Assembly: GCA_040386535.1 (NCBI GenBank) | Contig: JAZKFH010000009.1 | Location: 337,396 to 394,005 of the forward strand | Length of the DNA: 56,610 nt | Source: Myxococcota bacterium | GTDB taxonomy: Bacteria; Myxococcota_A; UBA796; SXON01 | Reading direction: 5' to 3' | Part shown: one piece after another, positions 36,078 to 45,219 of the stretch | How the letters are laid out: every line of letters begins with the position of its first letter | How positions within the stretch are numbered: position 1 is the first letter of the stretch | The notes under the pieces: model-generated | The model's database searches: none | What the model saw: only the letters and a program-made list of their open reading frames with translations | What the model was told of the DNA's origin: nothing | Translations under genes and position numbers: made by a program

Positions 36078-37891
36078 GGCCGTCGCACCCACGCCCGGCA
36101 GCCGTTCGCGGCCGTGAGGCTGGTCCACGTGTTCTCCACCCACCCCGCCTCGCCCGGCGCGCTCAACCCGCATTGGAGACCGCCGTTCACCATGTTCCCG
36201 CTCTCCGGAGACGCGCCTTGCGGACCCATCCTCGCCTCCTGCGCCTCCACCCCGCGCAGCCGCGCCATCGCCACGACCCCCCGCGCCACGATGGGCGAGC
36301 CCGGCATCGGCGCCCACCGCACGAGGCAGGGCTGGGCCCCTGGAAGCGCGGGGGAGCCGGTACACGCCGTCACGATCGCGTCCACGAGCCCCTCCATCGT
36401 GGCCGTGTCGACCGCGGGCGGCGCCGCCACGAGCACGGGCGCCGGCAAGCCCGCGACCTCGCGCCGCGCCACGTTCACGCCGTGGATGGGCGGCCCCACG
36501 ATCCGCGCCCCGTCGAACGGACCGCGGCCGAGCAGCGGCCCCACTGCTGTCACCCAAGCGATCGCGGCGCAACCCACCGCCCCGGCCACCGCCCCCCACC
36601 ACGGCACCGGTCGCCACCCCGCCACGATCGCGCCCGCCAGCAGCGGCAGCACCGGGAGCAGGTAGCGCGTGTCGGAGGGCAACCAGTAGATGGCAAGCGT
36701 GGCGGCCAGGCCCGCGCCGATGACGCGGGTGGCCCACGCGAGCCGCCCCTCGCGCGCCACCAGCGCAAGGATGAGCCCGAGCGCGACCAGCACGGCACCC
36801 CCGGGGACGAGATCCATCAGGATCCGCTCCGCGTCGACCAGCACGGGCGCCGGCCGCTCCACGAACGCGCCCTGCTCGTGCGCGTAGCGCTCCCAGAGGC
36901 GCGGCCAGACCAGCCCGTACCAGGGCCCCACCAGCGCGCCGACCAACCCCAGCGCCATCCCCGCGTTGGCGAGCGGGCGAAAAGGGCGGAGCCGCTCCAC
37001 GGCACGTGTCACCCAACCGGGCGCCCGAATTGGGAGCCACGGGAGGACGGCGGCGAGCAGCTCCAGCGCCGCCCACCCGGCGAGCACACGCGCCGCGCCG
37101 ATCACGAGCGCCAGCGCGGGCCCGTTGTCCACCGATCCTGTCGCCGGCACCGTCATGCCGAACGCGCGCACGGCCCACGCGCCGCCGCCCACGAGCCCGA
37201 GCAGGCCGATGGCGCCGGCCACCCGCGAGCGCCACCCGGGAAGCGTCTCGAGCGCCCGGAGCGCGGCCACGGCGCACGGCACCACGCAGAAGACGGCCCA
37301 GATCCACTTGGTGTACAGCCCGGTGGCCGCCACCAGCACGAACAGGATCGTGGGTGCCACCCTACGGAAGCCGTCGCTCGCCTCGAGCAGCAGCACGCCC
37401 GCGCCCACCGCCGCCACGAGCGGCACGTCCAGGTAGAACCCCTGGGAGAACGCCAACGGATAGGCCGTGAGCGCCACCAACGTCACGTAGGTCGTGGTGC
37501 CCGCCGCGCCCCAGAGCCGCCGCCCGAACACGAGCGCGAGGGCCACGTGTGTCATCAGGAACGCGATGGTCGACGCACGGAGCCCCGCGAGCGTCGTGGC
37601 GCCCTGCCCGATCGCCGCGGCGTAGACCGCGTTGGGGTACGCGTCGCCCGAGAACACCCACAGGCCGAGCCGACGCCACGGGGTCGGTGCGCGTGCCAGC
37701 GCCTCGCGCAGCTCCGCCGTCTTCGAGACGTGCGCCGCCTCGTCACTGTAGGGGTACGGCCACCCCAGCGCCGCCGCCCGGTGGTGGAGCACCCACACCA
37801 GCACGAGCACCCCCGCGGCGAACGCCACCCAGCCGAGCTGCCCCAGGACGCCGCGGACGGGCGAGGGGGACGACGAAGGGGTGCTGCTCAC
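36074..37891 (-). CDS. Polytopic membrane glycosyltransferase (GT-C, ArnT/PMT-like)
   Basis: YSDEAAH (DE motif after TM1), YLDVP, TKW and RYLLP motifs. Many TM helices. Confidence 0.7.
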   Translation of the reverse strand: MSSTPSSSPSPVRGVLGQLGWVAFAAGVLVLVWVLHHRAAALGWPYPYSDEAAHVSKTAELREALARAPTPWRRLGLWVFSGDAYPNAVYAAAIGQGATTLAGLRASTIAFLMTHVALALVFGRRLWGAAGTTTYVTLVALTAYPLAFSQGFYLDVPLVAAVGAGVLLLEASDGFRRVAPTILFVLVAATGLYTKWIWAVFCVVPCAVAALRALETLPGWRSRVAGAIGLLGLVGGGAWAVRAFGMTVPATGSVDNGPALALVIGAARVLAGWAALELLAAVLPWLPIRAPGWVTRAVERLRPFRPLANAGMALGLVGALVGPWYGLVWPRLWERYAHEQGAFVERPAPVLVDAERILMDLVPGGAVLVALGLILALVAREGRLAWATRVIGAGLAATLAIYWLPSDTRYLLPVLPLLAGAIVAGWRPVPWWGAVAGAVGCAAIAWVTAVGPLLGRGPFDGARIVGPPIHGVNVARREVAGLPAPVLVAAPPAVDTATMEGLVDAIVTACTGSPALPGAQPCLVRWAPMPGSPIVARGVVAMARLRGVEAQEARMGPQGASPESGNMVNGGLQCGLSAPGEAGWVENTWTSLTAANGCRAWVRRP

Positions 37892-38039
37892 GGCGCGGAG
37901 CCTACGCCCGGGGTGAGGCAGTGTGCAAGGGGGCCGGCGCTGGGGCGCGTGGCTGGTGCTTCCTCCGCGAGACCATGCGTCGCGGCGCTCCTCCCGCCCG
38001 CCGGCCGGCTACCTTGCGGCCCGATGCCGACGATGTCCC

Positions 38040-39323
38040 ATGGGTGAGCTCACCGTGCTCCGCGTGCCCTCGGCGCCGCTCGACGGTCCGGACGCCCTGA
38101 AGGTGCGCCTCGCCTCGCTCACCGATCTGCTCGAACGCGCCGCGCCGTTCTGGCGCATGCGCCCGTTCGAGGGGCTGCCGCTGCCGTGGGAGGCCGACTA
38201 CCCCGACCTCTCCGCCTGGCTGCGCGCGTTGTCGCCGGAGCGGGTCGAGGCCCTCCACCTCGATCCCGCCGGGCTCCGCGAGGCGCCGGGGCCTTTGCCC
38301 GGCCTCGTGGCGGAGGTCGCGCGCCTGACCGACGTGGGCCGCCTCCCCGCCGCCTCGCTCGTCGAGCTGCCCGATCCGGTGCCGCGCGTTTCCGGACGGA
38401 AACGGGTCCAGGTGCAGGCGTTCGTCGCGGCGGCCGAGCGCGCCTTGCCCGAAGGCGTCGAGCTACTCGTCGACTGGTGTTGTGGCAAGGGCCACCTCGG
38501 GCGCGCGCTCTCGGCCACCCTCGGCGTGGTCTCGCTCGGGTTGGAGCGCGACCCCGAGCTGTGTCACACCGGGCGCGACCTCGCCGCCGGCACCGACGCC
38601 GTCTGCGCGTTCGTCCCCACCGACGTGCTCGACCCCACCCGCTGGCCCGCCGTCCCACCGCTCCGCGCCGCCGTGGTGTCGCTGCACGCCTGTGGCGCGC
38701 TCACGGACGCCGCCATGGCCTTCGCGCTCGACGGGCACGCCCGCGCCGTGCTGCTCGCGCCCTGTTGCTACCACTTCACGCGTGGCGACGAGCCCTTCGT
38801 CCCGCGCTCCGAAGCCGGCCGCGCCGCCGGCCTCGCGTGGGACGCCGCCGCCCTGCGCCTCCCCACCCTGGAGGAGGTCGTGGCCCCACCCGCCGTGCGC
38901 CGCCGCCGCCGCCAGGAGGCCGCGTGGCGCCTCGCGCTCGATTTGTTGGTGCGCGAGGCCACCGGCGTCGACACCTACACATCGATCGGGCCCCTGGCCT
39001 CCGGTTGGCAGCATGGCGACTTCCACACGTTCGCCACGGGGGTGGCAAACGCCCACGCCCTGGCCCTCCCGCCGGGGTGGGATCCAATTCGGGCCGAGGC
39101 CGCCGGCTTCGAGCGGGCGGGCATCGTAGCGGCGCTCGGCCTGGTGCGGAGCCAGCTCCGCCGCGCGGTCGAGTTGTGGCTCGTGCTCGATCGCGCGCTC
39201 CGCCTCGCGGACGCCGGCTGGGACGTGCAGGTCGGCGCCTTCTGCGGCCGCAGCGCCACGCCGCGGAACCTCGTGATCGCTGGGTGGCATCCGGTGGTCA
39301 AGCGGGGGGGCGGGGACGGATAG
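38040..39323 (+). CDS. SAM-dependent methyltransferase (Methyltransf_32-like)
   Basis: VDWCCGKGHLGR, SLHACGAL, APCCYH, DRAL and TPRN motifs. Confidence 0.85.
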   Translation: MGELTVLRVPSAPLDGPDALKVRLASLTDLLERAAPFWRMRPFEGLPLPWEADYPDLSAWLRALSPERVEALHLDPAGLREAPGPLPGLVAEVARLTDVGRLPAASLVELPDPVPRVSGRKRVQVQAFVAAAERALPEGVELLVDWCCGKGHLGRALSATLGVVSLGLERDPELCHTGRDLAAGTDAVCAFVPTDVLDPTRWPAVPPLRAAVVSLHACGALTDAAMAFALDGHARAVLLAPCCYHFTRGDEPFVPRSEAGRAAGLAWDAAALRLPTLEEVVAPPAVRRRRRQEAAWRLALDLLVREATGVDTYTSIGPLASGWQHGDFHTFATGVANAHALALPPGWDPIRAEAAGFERAGIVAALGLVRSQLRRAVELWLVLDRALRLADAGWDVQVGAFCGRSATPRNLVIAGWHPVVKRGGGDG

Positions 39324-39346
39324 CTGCCTGGGCGACCAACGCTGGG

Positions 39347-39513
39347 CGCGGTGCCCGGCGCCGAGGCGGCGCCGCCGCGCCCGGGGGGGAGCTCCGTTTC
39401 TGGGATGCGTCGGCGGCGGCTGTGTCACCCACGAGCGCCCGTGTCAGCGGGCCGCGGTCGGCGCCGCGCTGTTGTCGACGATCAAGGCGACGTGGCAGGC
39501 GCCGGGCACCGCG
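39347..39513. repeat. 167-bp segment bounded by perfect 16-bp inverted repeats
   Basis: cgcggtgcccggcgcc (39347-39362) and ggcgccgggcaccgcg (39498-39513), between convergent genes. Confidence 0.6.
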
Positions 39514-39605
39514 GCCGTCGGTGCTCGAGCCCCAAGCCTCTCCTGTGCCGCCCCCACGGGGTCGGCTCGTGGAACCAATCGGCGGGCATGAGTCCGCGGA
39601 ACCCG

Positions 39606-40397
39606 TCACGGGAGCGCGGTCGCTGGGTCGATCCAGGTGTCATAGGGGACCCCGGCCGGGATTTGGAACGGGCCTTGGGGCGCGCCGCTGTTCCCGGCCA
39701 GGTCCATCCAGGACACGGTCACGCGGGCTCCATCTCCCAGGTCGGGCACCCGTCGATGCGTCGGTGCCATGCAGATGCCGCTCGACATGACCGTGGTGAG
39801 GACGTCGCCGGGCTGCACGTGGGGGAGCACGCTGGCACCAGCGTTTGGCGCCAGGCCCACGACCAGGCGACCGGGGCCCGCCGGTCCCCCTCTCTCCAAC
39901 TCCGTGGTCGCAGACCGTATGGTTTCGGAGCGCGTCTCTACGGCGACGATCACCGCGAGCGGGCTGGTGTCGACGACCTCCGCGAACAGCAACACCAGCT
40001 GTGGAATGCCGACGGTCTCTGTCACCATCAAGCCGCGTAGCGCGCCGCCCGTGGGGGCCACACGATCGGGCGCCGTGGTTTGGAAGGTGCCCACCGGCGA
40101 GCGCCCGGAGCGTGCCGTCAGGGAAGCGTCACGTGGCAACCAACCCCGCACGCGGAGCATCTCGTAGGTGTCGTCCCAACGGAGGGTCGCCGGGATTGTC
40201 CCGCCTTCGGTGTGTCGGAGACGCACGGGCCCCTCGTCCCACTCGTCGAAGGGCAACCACCGCGTGTTCACGGGTACGGCGCCAAGATCGCGCGGGCCGG
40301 GGCTCCAGAGTTCGCGGCAGGTGAAGGTCCAGGACTGCGCGTGCACGACGGGAGAGAAGAGCGCCACGACCAGCGCCACCCGCGTCGCCCCCCTCAC
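39606..40397 (-). CDS. Secreted hypothetical protein
   Basis: GTG start overlaps the upstream stop (GTGA). Signal peptide VALVVALFSPVVHA. Confidence 0.65.
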   Translation of the reverse strand: MRGATRVALVVALFSPVVHAQSWTFTCRELWSPGPRDLGAVPVNTRWLPFDEWDEGPVRLRHTEGGTIPATLRWDDTYEMLRVRGWLPRDASLTARSGRSPVGTFQTTAPDRVAPTGGALRGLMVTETVGIPQLVLLFAEVVDTSPLAVIVAVETRSETIRSATTELERGGPAGPGRLVVGLAPNAGASVLPHVQPGDVLTTVMSSGICMAPTHRRVPDLGDGARVTVSWMDLAGNSGAPQGPFQIPAGVPYDTWIDPATALP

Positions 40398-40960
40398 TCC
40401 TCGCCCCGCTCCCCCCCGCTCCGCGCCCGGGCCAGCCGCACGGCGTCCCGGGTGGCCGCCTGCGAGCGGCTCAACTTCTCGTCGGGCGTCTCCAACTGCA
40501 GCAGCGTGGGGATGTCGGGCTGGAGCTCGCGGATGTGCGCCAGGAGCGCGAGGGCGTCGAACGTGGGCATGATGGCGTAGGCGTTGGCCCCGAGCGCGAC
40601 ACCCGCGCGGGCCGCCGAACGATCGAGGAAGGTGCCGAGCGTCCCCGCCTCGAGCGACAGGATGAGGAACATCGACGTCGCGTGGGTCGAGTGCGCCCGC
40701 ACGTGCCGCAGGAAGGCGAACATCGACTCGCTCTCCAGATGCGCGGCGCACACGATGACGTCGACGTGGTCCTTGCCCTCGAGGAACAACATCGCCTCGG
40801 CGATGGTCTCCGAGCCGACCACCACGAACCCGTCCTCCTTGCAGGTCGCCTTGAGCAGCTCGACGTTGTCGGCGCTGTCGAGGAACAGGACCCTGTAGGT
40901 GTCGTCCGGCCCGCGTGCCTGCTGCGCGCGGGGGAACTCGAGGGGCGGCTCGGTCGTCAT
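40394..40960 (-). CDS. Atypical (pseudo-)receiver domain protein
   Basis: CheY-like pattern RVLFLD...GFVV...AEA...DVIVC...LGANAY. The phosphoacceptor Asp and conserved Lys are absent. Confidence 0.7.
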   Translation of the reverse strand: MTTEPPLEFPRAQQARGPDDTYRVLFLDSADNVELLKATCKEDGFVVVGSETIAEAMLFLEGKDHVDVIVCAAHLESESMFAFLRHVRAHSTHATSMFLILSLEAGTLGTFLDRSAARAGVALGANAYAIMPTFDALALLAHIRELQPDIPTLLQLETPDEKLSRSQAATRDAVRLARARSGGERGEE

Positions 40961-41069
40961 GCCGCGTGTATATCCGACGGGCGGGCGCTGGGAAGCGTGA
41001 CGCAGGCCTCGACCGGCGGAAGCTCCGCTGGTTCTCGCGAGCGCGCACGAGGCTCCGAACGCCCTGGCC

Positions 41070-41810
41070 TCAGAACGTCACGCCCGTGGCGAAGTCGACC
41101 CGCGGCATCAAGCTGAAGCCCGCCGGTCCGAGCCCCACGTCCGCGCCGCCGCGCGCCTCGATCGTGAAGATCGACACCGTCAACTTGAGCCCAGCGAGGG
41201 GGCCGAAGCGGGTCCGGTCGGCGCGAAAGTTGCGGAAGTCGGGGTTCGTCAGGCCCACCTGGCCACCGACGAACAGGCCGTTGTCGAAGCCGCCGATGAT
41301 GTAGTCCCGCACCTGGAGCCCCACCTCCACCGGGGCCGTGGCGCCCTGGTAGCCGCGACCGCCCCTGCCCGGCTGCTGGCGTGTGTCCGGCTGCTGTTGT
41401 CCCGCACCAGGATCCTGTTGCGTGCCCGGCTGTCCGGTCCCCGGCTGTCCCGTCCCCGGCTCGATTCCGCCGGCGCCCGGCTCGCCCCCGATCTCGTCCG
41501 GGATCCCCGGGATGGGCAGGTCCTCGACGATGTCGGTGGCCCGCGACAGGCTGGTCGCCGCCGTGAGGGCGAAGCTCCGGGTCCCGCCCGCGCGGAACTC
41601 GACCGTCATGTCGAGCGTCGGCATGCCCGTTGCCATCGGTCCGGTGGGCCCGAACCCCCGCCCCATGAACTCCTGGCCGGCCAGGCGGAGCGGCGCCACG
41701 GTGATCGTCAGGTTGCCGGGGCTGTCGTACTCCCCCGACCAGTCGTTCTTCAGCGGGTCTCCACCGGCCCACGCCGTTCCGAGAAACATGCACAAGAGCC
41801 CCGTCAGCAT
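41070..41810 (-). CDS. Probable outer-membrane beta-barrel protein with Gln/Gly/Pro-rich loop
   Basis: Signal peptide, amphipathic beta-strands, terminal Phe (ATGVTF) and a PGTGQ repeat insert. Confidence 0.6.
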   Translation of the reverse strand: MLTGLLCMFLGTAWAGGDPLKNDWSGEYDSPGNLTITVAPLRLAGQEFMGRGFGPTGPMATGMPTLDMTVEFRAGGTRSFALTAATSLSRATDIVEDLPIPGIPDEIGGEPGAGGIEPGTGQPGTGQPGTQQDPGAGQQQPDTRQQPGRGGRGYQGATAPVEVGLQVRDYIIGGFDNGLFVGGQVGLTNPDFRNFRADRTRFGPLAGLKLTVSIFTIEARGGADVGLGPAGFSLMPRVDFATGVTF

Positions 41811-41960
41811 CGTCCTCTCCTGGATTCAACCGGACGTAGGCACAGGATCCCGCTCGACCCACCCCGCGGCGGGTCGGTGACATCTCGGCGCGGCGCCCGG
41901 GTCGGCGCTCGCTGGATAGAAGGCGGCGATGCTCCTCGAAACCCTCGCATCGGGTACAGA

Positions 41961-43796
41961 ATGGCGGTAACGGAGGGCGCGCCCGAGCGCCCCGCTGACA
42001 CGAGCACGATCGGCGGCGGGGCGGCGTGGAAGAGCGTCCCGCGTACGGTCGCGCGTGCGCTTGGATTGGTGGCGGGCACCAGCCCCGGGGCTACCCTCAC
42101 CCTCGCCCTGCTCACCCTGATCGCGGGCGTGTTGCCCGCGGGCATCGCCTACGTGGGCAAGCTGATCGTCGACGGGGTGCTCGCGGCCGACGGCGATCCC
42201 ACGGCGGCGCTTCGCGCGCTCGGCCTCGAGGCGGTGCTGATCGTGGCGCTCGCGGCCGCCCAGCGCGGCCTGTCGATCACGGAGTCGCTCCTGCGCGCCC
42301 AGCTCGGGCAGCGTGTCAACGTGCTCATCCTCAAGAAGGCGCTCACCCTCGACCTGACCCATTTTGAGGACGCGACCGTCTACGACCGCATGTCCCGCGC
42401 CCGCCGCGAGGCCTCGTCACGGCCACTCGCGCTCGTGCGGCGCGTGTTCGGGCTCCTCCAGAACCTCGTGTCGCTCGTCGGCTTCGGCGTGTTGCTCGTC
42501 CCGTTCTCTCCATTGGCGGTGTTCGTGTTGGCGCTGGCGGCCATCCCCGCCTTCTGGGCCGAGGCGAAATACTCCGGCGAGGCCTTCCGCCTATTTTCGT
42601 GGCGCACCCCCGAAACGCGCGAGCAGGCCTGGTACGAAACGGTGCTGGCGCGGGAGGACTACGCCAAGGAGGTGCAGCTCTACGGCCTCGGCCCCTTCTT
42701 CCTGTCGCGCTACGAGGGCATCTTCGACACCCTCTTCCAAGCCGACCGCAAGCTCACCATCCGGCGTGGCATCGGGGGTTTTGTCGTGGGGCTGGTGAGC
42801 ACCGCCGCGTTCTACGGGGCGTACGCTTGGATCGCGATCTCGGCGGTGGCAGGCACCATCACGCTCGGCGAGATGACCATGTACCTGTTGCTCTTCAAGC
42901 AGGGCCAGAGCGCGCTCTCCGCGAGCCTCTCGGCGGTGGGCGGCATGTACGAGGACAGCCTGTACCTCGCCAATCTCTACGCCTTTCTGGAGATGCCGGT
43001 CGCCGCGCAGGTGGGGGGCGCCAAGGTGGGTCCCAATCCGGCGGACGGCTTGCGCTTCGAGAATGTGTCGTTCTCCTACCCGGGCGCCACTGCGCTCGCG
43101 ATCGACAGCGTGACGCTCCACATCCTGCCCGGCGCCAAGCTCGCGATCGTCGGTGAGAACGGCTCCGGCAAGACGACGCTCATCAAGCTGCTCACCCGCC
43201 TGTACCAACCCGCGAGCGGCCGCATCCTGCTCGACGGATTGGATCTGCGCGAGTGGGACATCCACACGCTCCGCGCCCGCATCGGCGTGATCTTCCAGGA
43301 CTTCGTGCGCTACCACATCTCCGCGGGGGAGAACATCGGCGCGGGTGACGTTGCCGCCATCGCCGACGAGGCGCGTCAGCGCGAAGCCGCCGAGCGTGGG
43401 CAGGCGTGGTCGTTCCTCTCGGCGTTTCCGGAGGGCCTCAAGACACGCCTCGGGCGCTGGTTCAAGAGTGGCCGCGAGCTCTCCGGCGGCCAGTGGCAGA
43501 AGGTAGCGTTGGCCCGCGCCTTCATGCGCAAGGGGGCCGACATCCTCGTGCTCGACGAGCCCACCGCCGCCATGGACGCCGAGGCCGAGGCCCAGATCTT
43601 CGAGCAATTCCAGGAGACAGCCAAACACCAGATGGCGATCCTCATCTCCCACCGCTTCTCCACCGTGCGTCGCGCCGACCAGATCGTGGTCCTCGAGGGC
43701 GGCCGCATCACGGAGCGTGGCACCCACGAGGCGCTGCTGGCACAGGACGGGCGGTATGCGCGGTTGTTCCGGTTGCAGGCGGAGGGGTATCGGTAG
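41961..43796 (+). CDS. ABC transporter, fused permease/ATP-binding (exporter)
   Basis: TM domain, GENGSGKTT, LSGGQWQK, LVLDEPTA and ISHR motifs. Confidence 0.95.
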   Translation: MAVTEGAPERPADTSTIGGGAAWKSVPRTVARALGLVAGTSPGATLTLALLTLIAGVLPAGIAYVGKLIVDGVLAADGDPTAALRALGLEAVLIVALAAAQRGLSITESLLRAQLGQRVNVLILKKALTLDLTHFEDATVYDRMSRARREASSRPLALVRRVFGLLQNLVSLVGFGVLLVPFSPLAVFVLALAAIPAFWAEAKYSGEAFRLFSWRTPETREQAWYETVLAREDYAKEVQLYGLGPFFLSRYEGIFDTLFQADRKLTIRRGIGGFVVGLVSTAAFYGAYAWIAISAVAGTITLGEMTMYLLLFKQGQSALSASLSAVGGMYEDSLYLANLYAFLEMPVAAQVGGAKVGPNPADGLRFENVSFSYPGATALAIDSVTLHILPGAKLAIVGENGSGKTTLIKLLTRLYQPASGRILLDGLDLREWDIHTLRARIGVIFQDFVRYHISAGENIGAGDVAAIADEARQREAAERGQAWSFLSAFPEGLKTRLGRWFKSGRELSGGQWQKVALARAFMRKGADILVLDEPTAAMDAEAEAQIFEQFQETAKHQMAILISHRFSTVRRADQIVVLEGGRITERGTHEALLAQDGRYARLFRLQAEGYR

Positions 43797-43873
43797 GGCG
43801 CCCAGGGCGGGCGCGGGGATCTTCCTCCGTGCCGGGGGCCGGGCGCTTCTTCGGCACCGCCAACGGCGGCCCG

Positions 43874-44572
43874 ATGCGCGAGAGATGGCGCACCGTGTAT
43901 GCCTGGAATCCCGACGATGCGACGCCCGACGCGTTGGCGTTCGCGCCGTCGTTGCTCGTGTACCCGGGCCTCGGTGGCGCCCCGCCGTATCTGAAGGCGG
44001 AGGACGACGGCGTGGCGCGGGTGCTCACCCTGCATGACCACCATGCCCGCGAGGTCGACGCGGCGTGGATCGTAGAGGCCACGGAGGGTTGGACGGATCT
44101 CACGGTCGGCCCGGACGTCGCGTGGTGGCAGACCTGGGGCGACGGCCGGCCGCTCCAGGTCCGGGATCTCGCGACCGGCGTGGTGATCGACCAGCCCGGC
44201 GACGACGACCTCGCCATCCGCCCGCCGCGCACCCTCGTGGACGGGGTGCCCTGGACCATCGGCACGCCCGAGGAGCCGGCGCCCACGCGGGTGCTGGCGT
44301 TGCATCCCGACGGCGTCACGGCCCTCCCCGCCGCCCCACGTGGCCTCTACGGCGTGCGTGCGCTTCCCGACGGGCGGGTCGTCGGGTGGGCGCTCTCGAT
44401 GACCGACGAGACGTTCTACATGTCGCTCGTCGTGGAGGAGGGCGGCGAGTGGCGCTACTCGCCCGGCAGCTGCGAGCCGGAGGTCTACTTCGAGAGCCTG
44501 GAGGTCGTCGACGGTGCGCTCTACGCCGCGGGCGGGCGGGTCGGCCTGGAGCGGATGACCGTCGCGGAGTGA
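43874..44572 (+). CDS. Hypothetical beta-rich protein
   Basis: Open frame with normal composition between co-oriented genes. Start uncertain. Confidence 0.6.
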   Translation: MRERWRTVYAWNPDDATPDALAFAPSLLVYPGLGGAPPYLKAEDDGVARVLTLHDHHAREVDAAWIVEATEGWTDLTVGPDVAWWQTWGDGRPLQVRDLATGVVIDQPGDDDLAIRPPRTLVDGVPWTIGTPEEPAPTRVLALHPDGVTALPAAPRGLYGVRALPDGRVVGWALSMTDETFYMSLVVEEGGEWRYSPGSCEPEVYFESLEVVDGALYAAGGRVGLERMTVAE

Positions 44573-44620
44573 AGGCGGGCGAAGGCGGTAGGTGCGCGCT
44601 GGCGCGGTTAGAGTCTGTTC

Positions 44621-45214
44621 GTGCGCACACTCCTGGTCGGTGACATCCACGGTTGTTCCAAGTCGCTCCGGGCGCTCATCGCCGAGGCGAAGCCGGACCG
44701 CCTGATCCTCCTCGGGGATCTCTTCGCCAAGGGCCCCGACCCGCGCGGCGTCTGGGACCTCATCGTCGAGCACCGCGCCGAGGCCGTGCTCGGCAACCAC
44801 GACGCGCGCCTGCTCGACGTGCTCAACATCCCCGGGGACAGCGCGCACCACCGCGCCGCCCGCGCCCTCCCCGAAGAGGCGCTGGGGTGGACCGCGAACC
44901 TGCCCCTGTTCCTCTACGGGCCGTGTTGGATCGGCGTGCACGCCGGCCTGCACCCCGAGTTGGGTGTGGCAGGGACCACGCGCGCCATGGCCATCACCAT
45001 GCGGCGCTGGCCCGACGATCTCGACTCCACCAATCCGTTCTGGTTCCAATGTTGGAAGGGCCCGGAGCGCGTGTTCTACGGGCACGACGCGGTGCGCGGC
45101 CTCCAGGTGCACCCACGCACCGTTGGGCTCGACAGCGGGGCGGTGTATGGCAACCCGTTGTCGGGGTTCCTGTTGGAGGAGGAGCGGGTGATCCAGGTGC
45201 CGGGGCGGGGGTAG
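44621..45214 (+). CDS. Metallophosphoesterase (ApaH/PPP-like phosphatase)
   Basis: GDIHGC, GDL..KGP, GNHD, VHAG, YGH and GLDSGAVYG motifs. Confidence 0.9.
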   Translation: MRTLLVGDIHGCSKSLRALIAEAKPDRLILLGDLFAKGPDPRGVWDLIVEHRAEAVLGNHDARLLDVLNIPGDSAHHRAARALPEEALGWTANLPLFLYGPCWIGVHAGLHPELGVAGTTRAMAITMRRWPDDLDSTNPFWFQCWKGPERVFYGHDAVRGLQVHPRTVGLDSGAVYGNPLSGFLLEEERVIQVPGRG

Positions 45215-45219
45215 TTGAC

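Noticed and set aside
41961..43796. ABC exporter as part of a RiPP/bacteriocin cluster
   Set aside because: No peptidase domain, precursor peptide or modification enzymes are adjacent.
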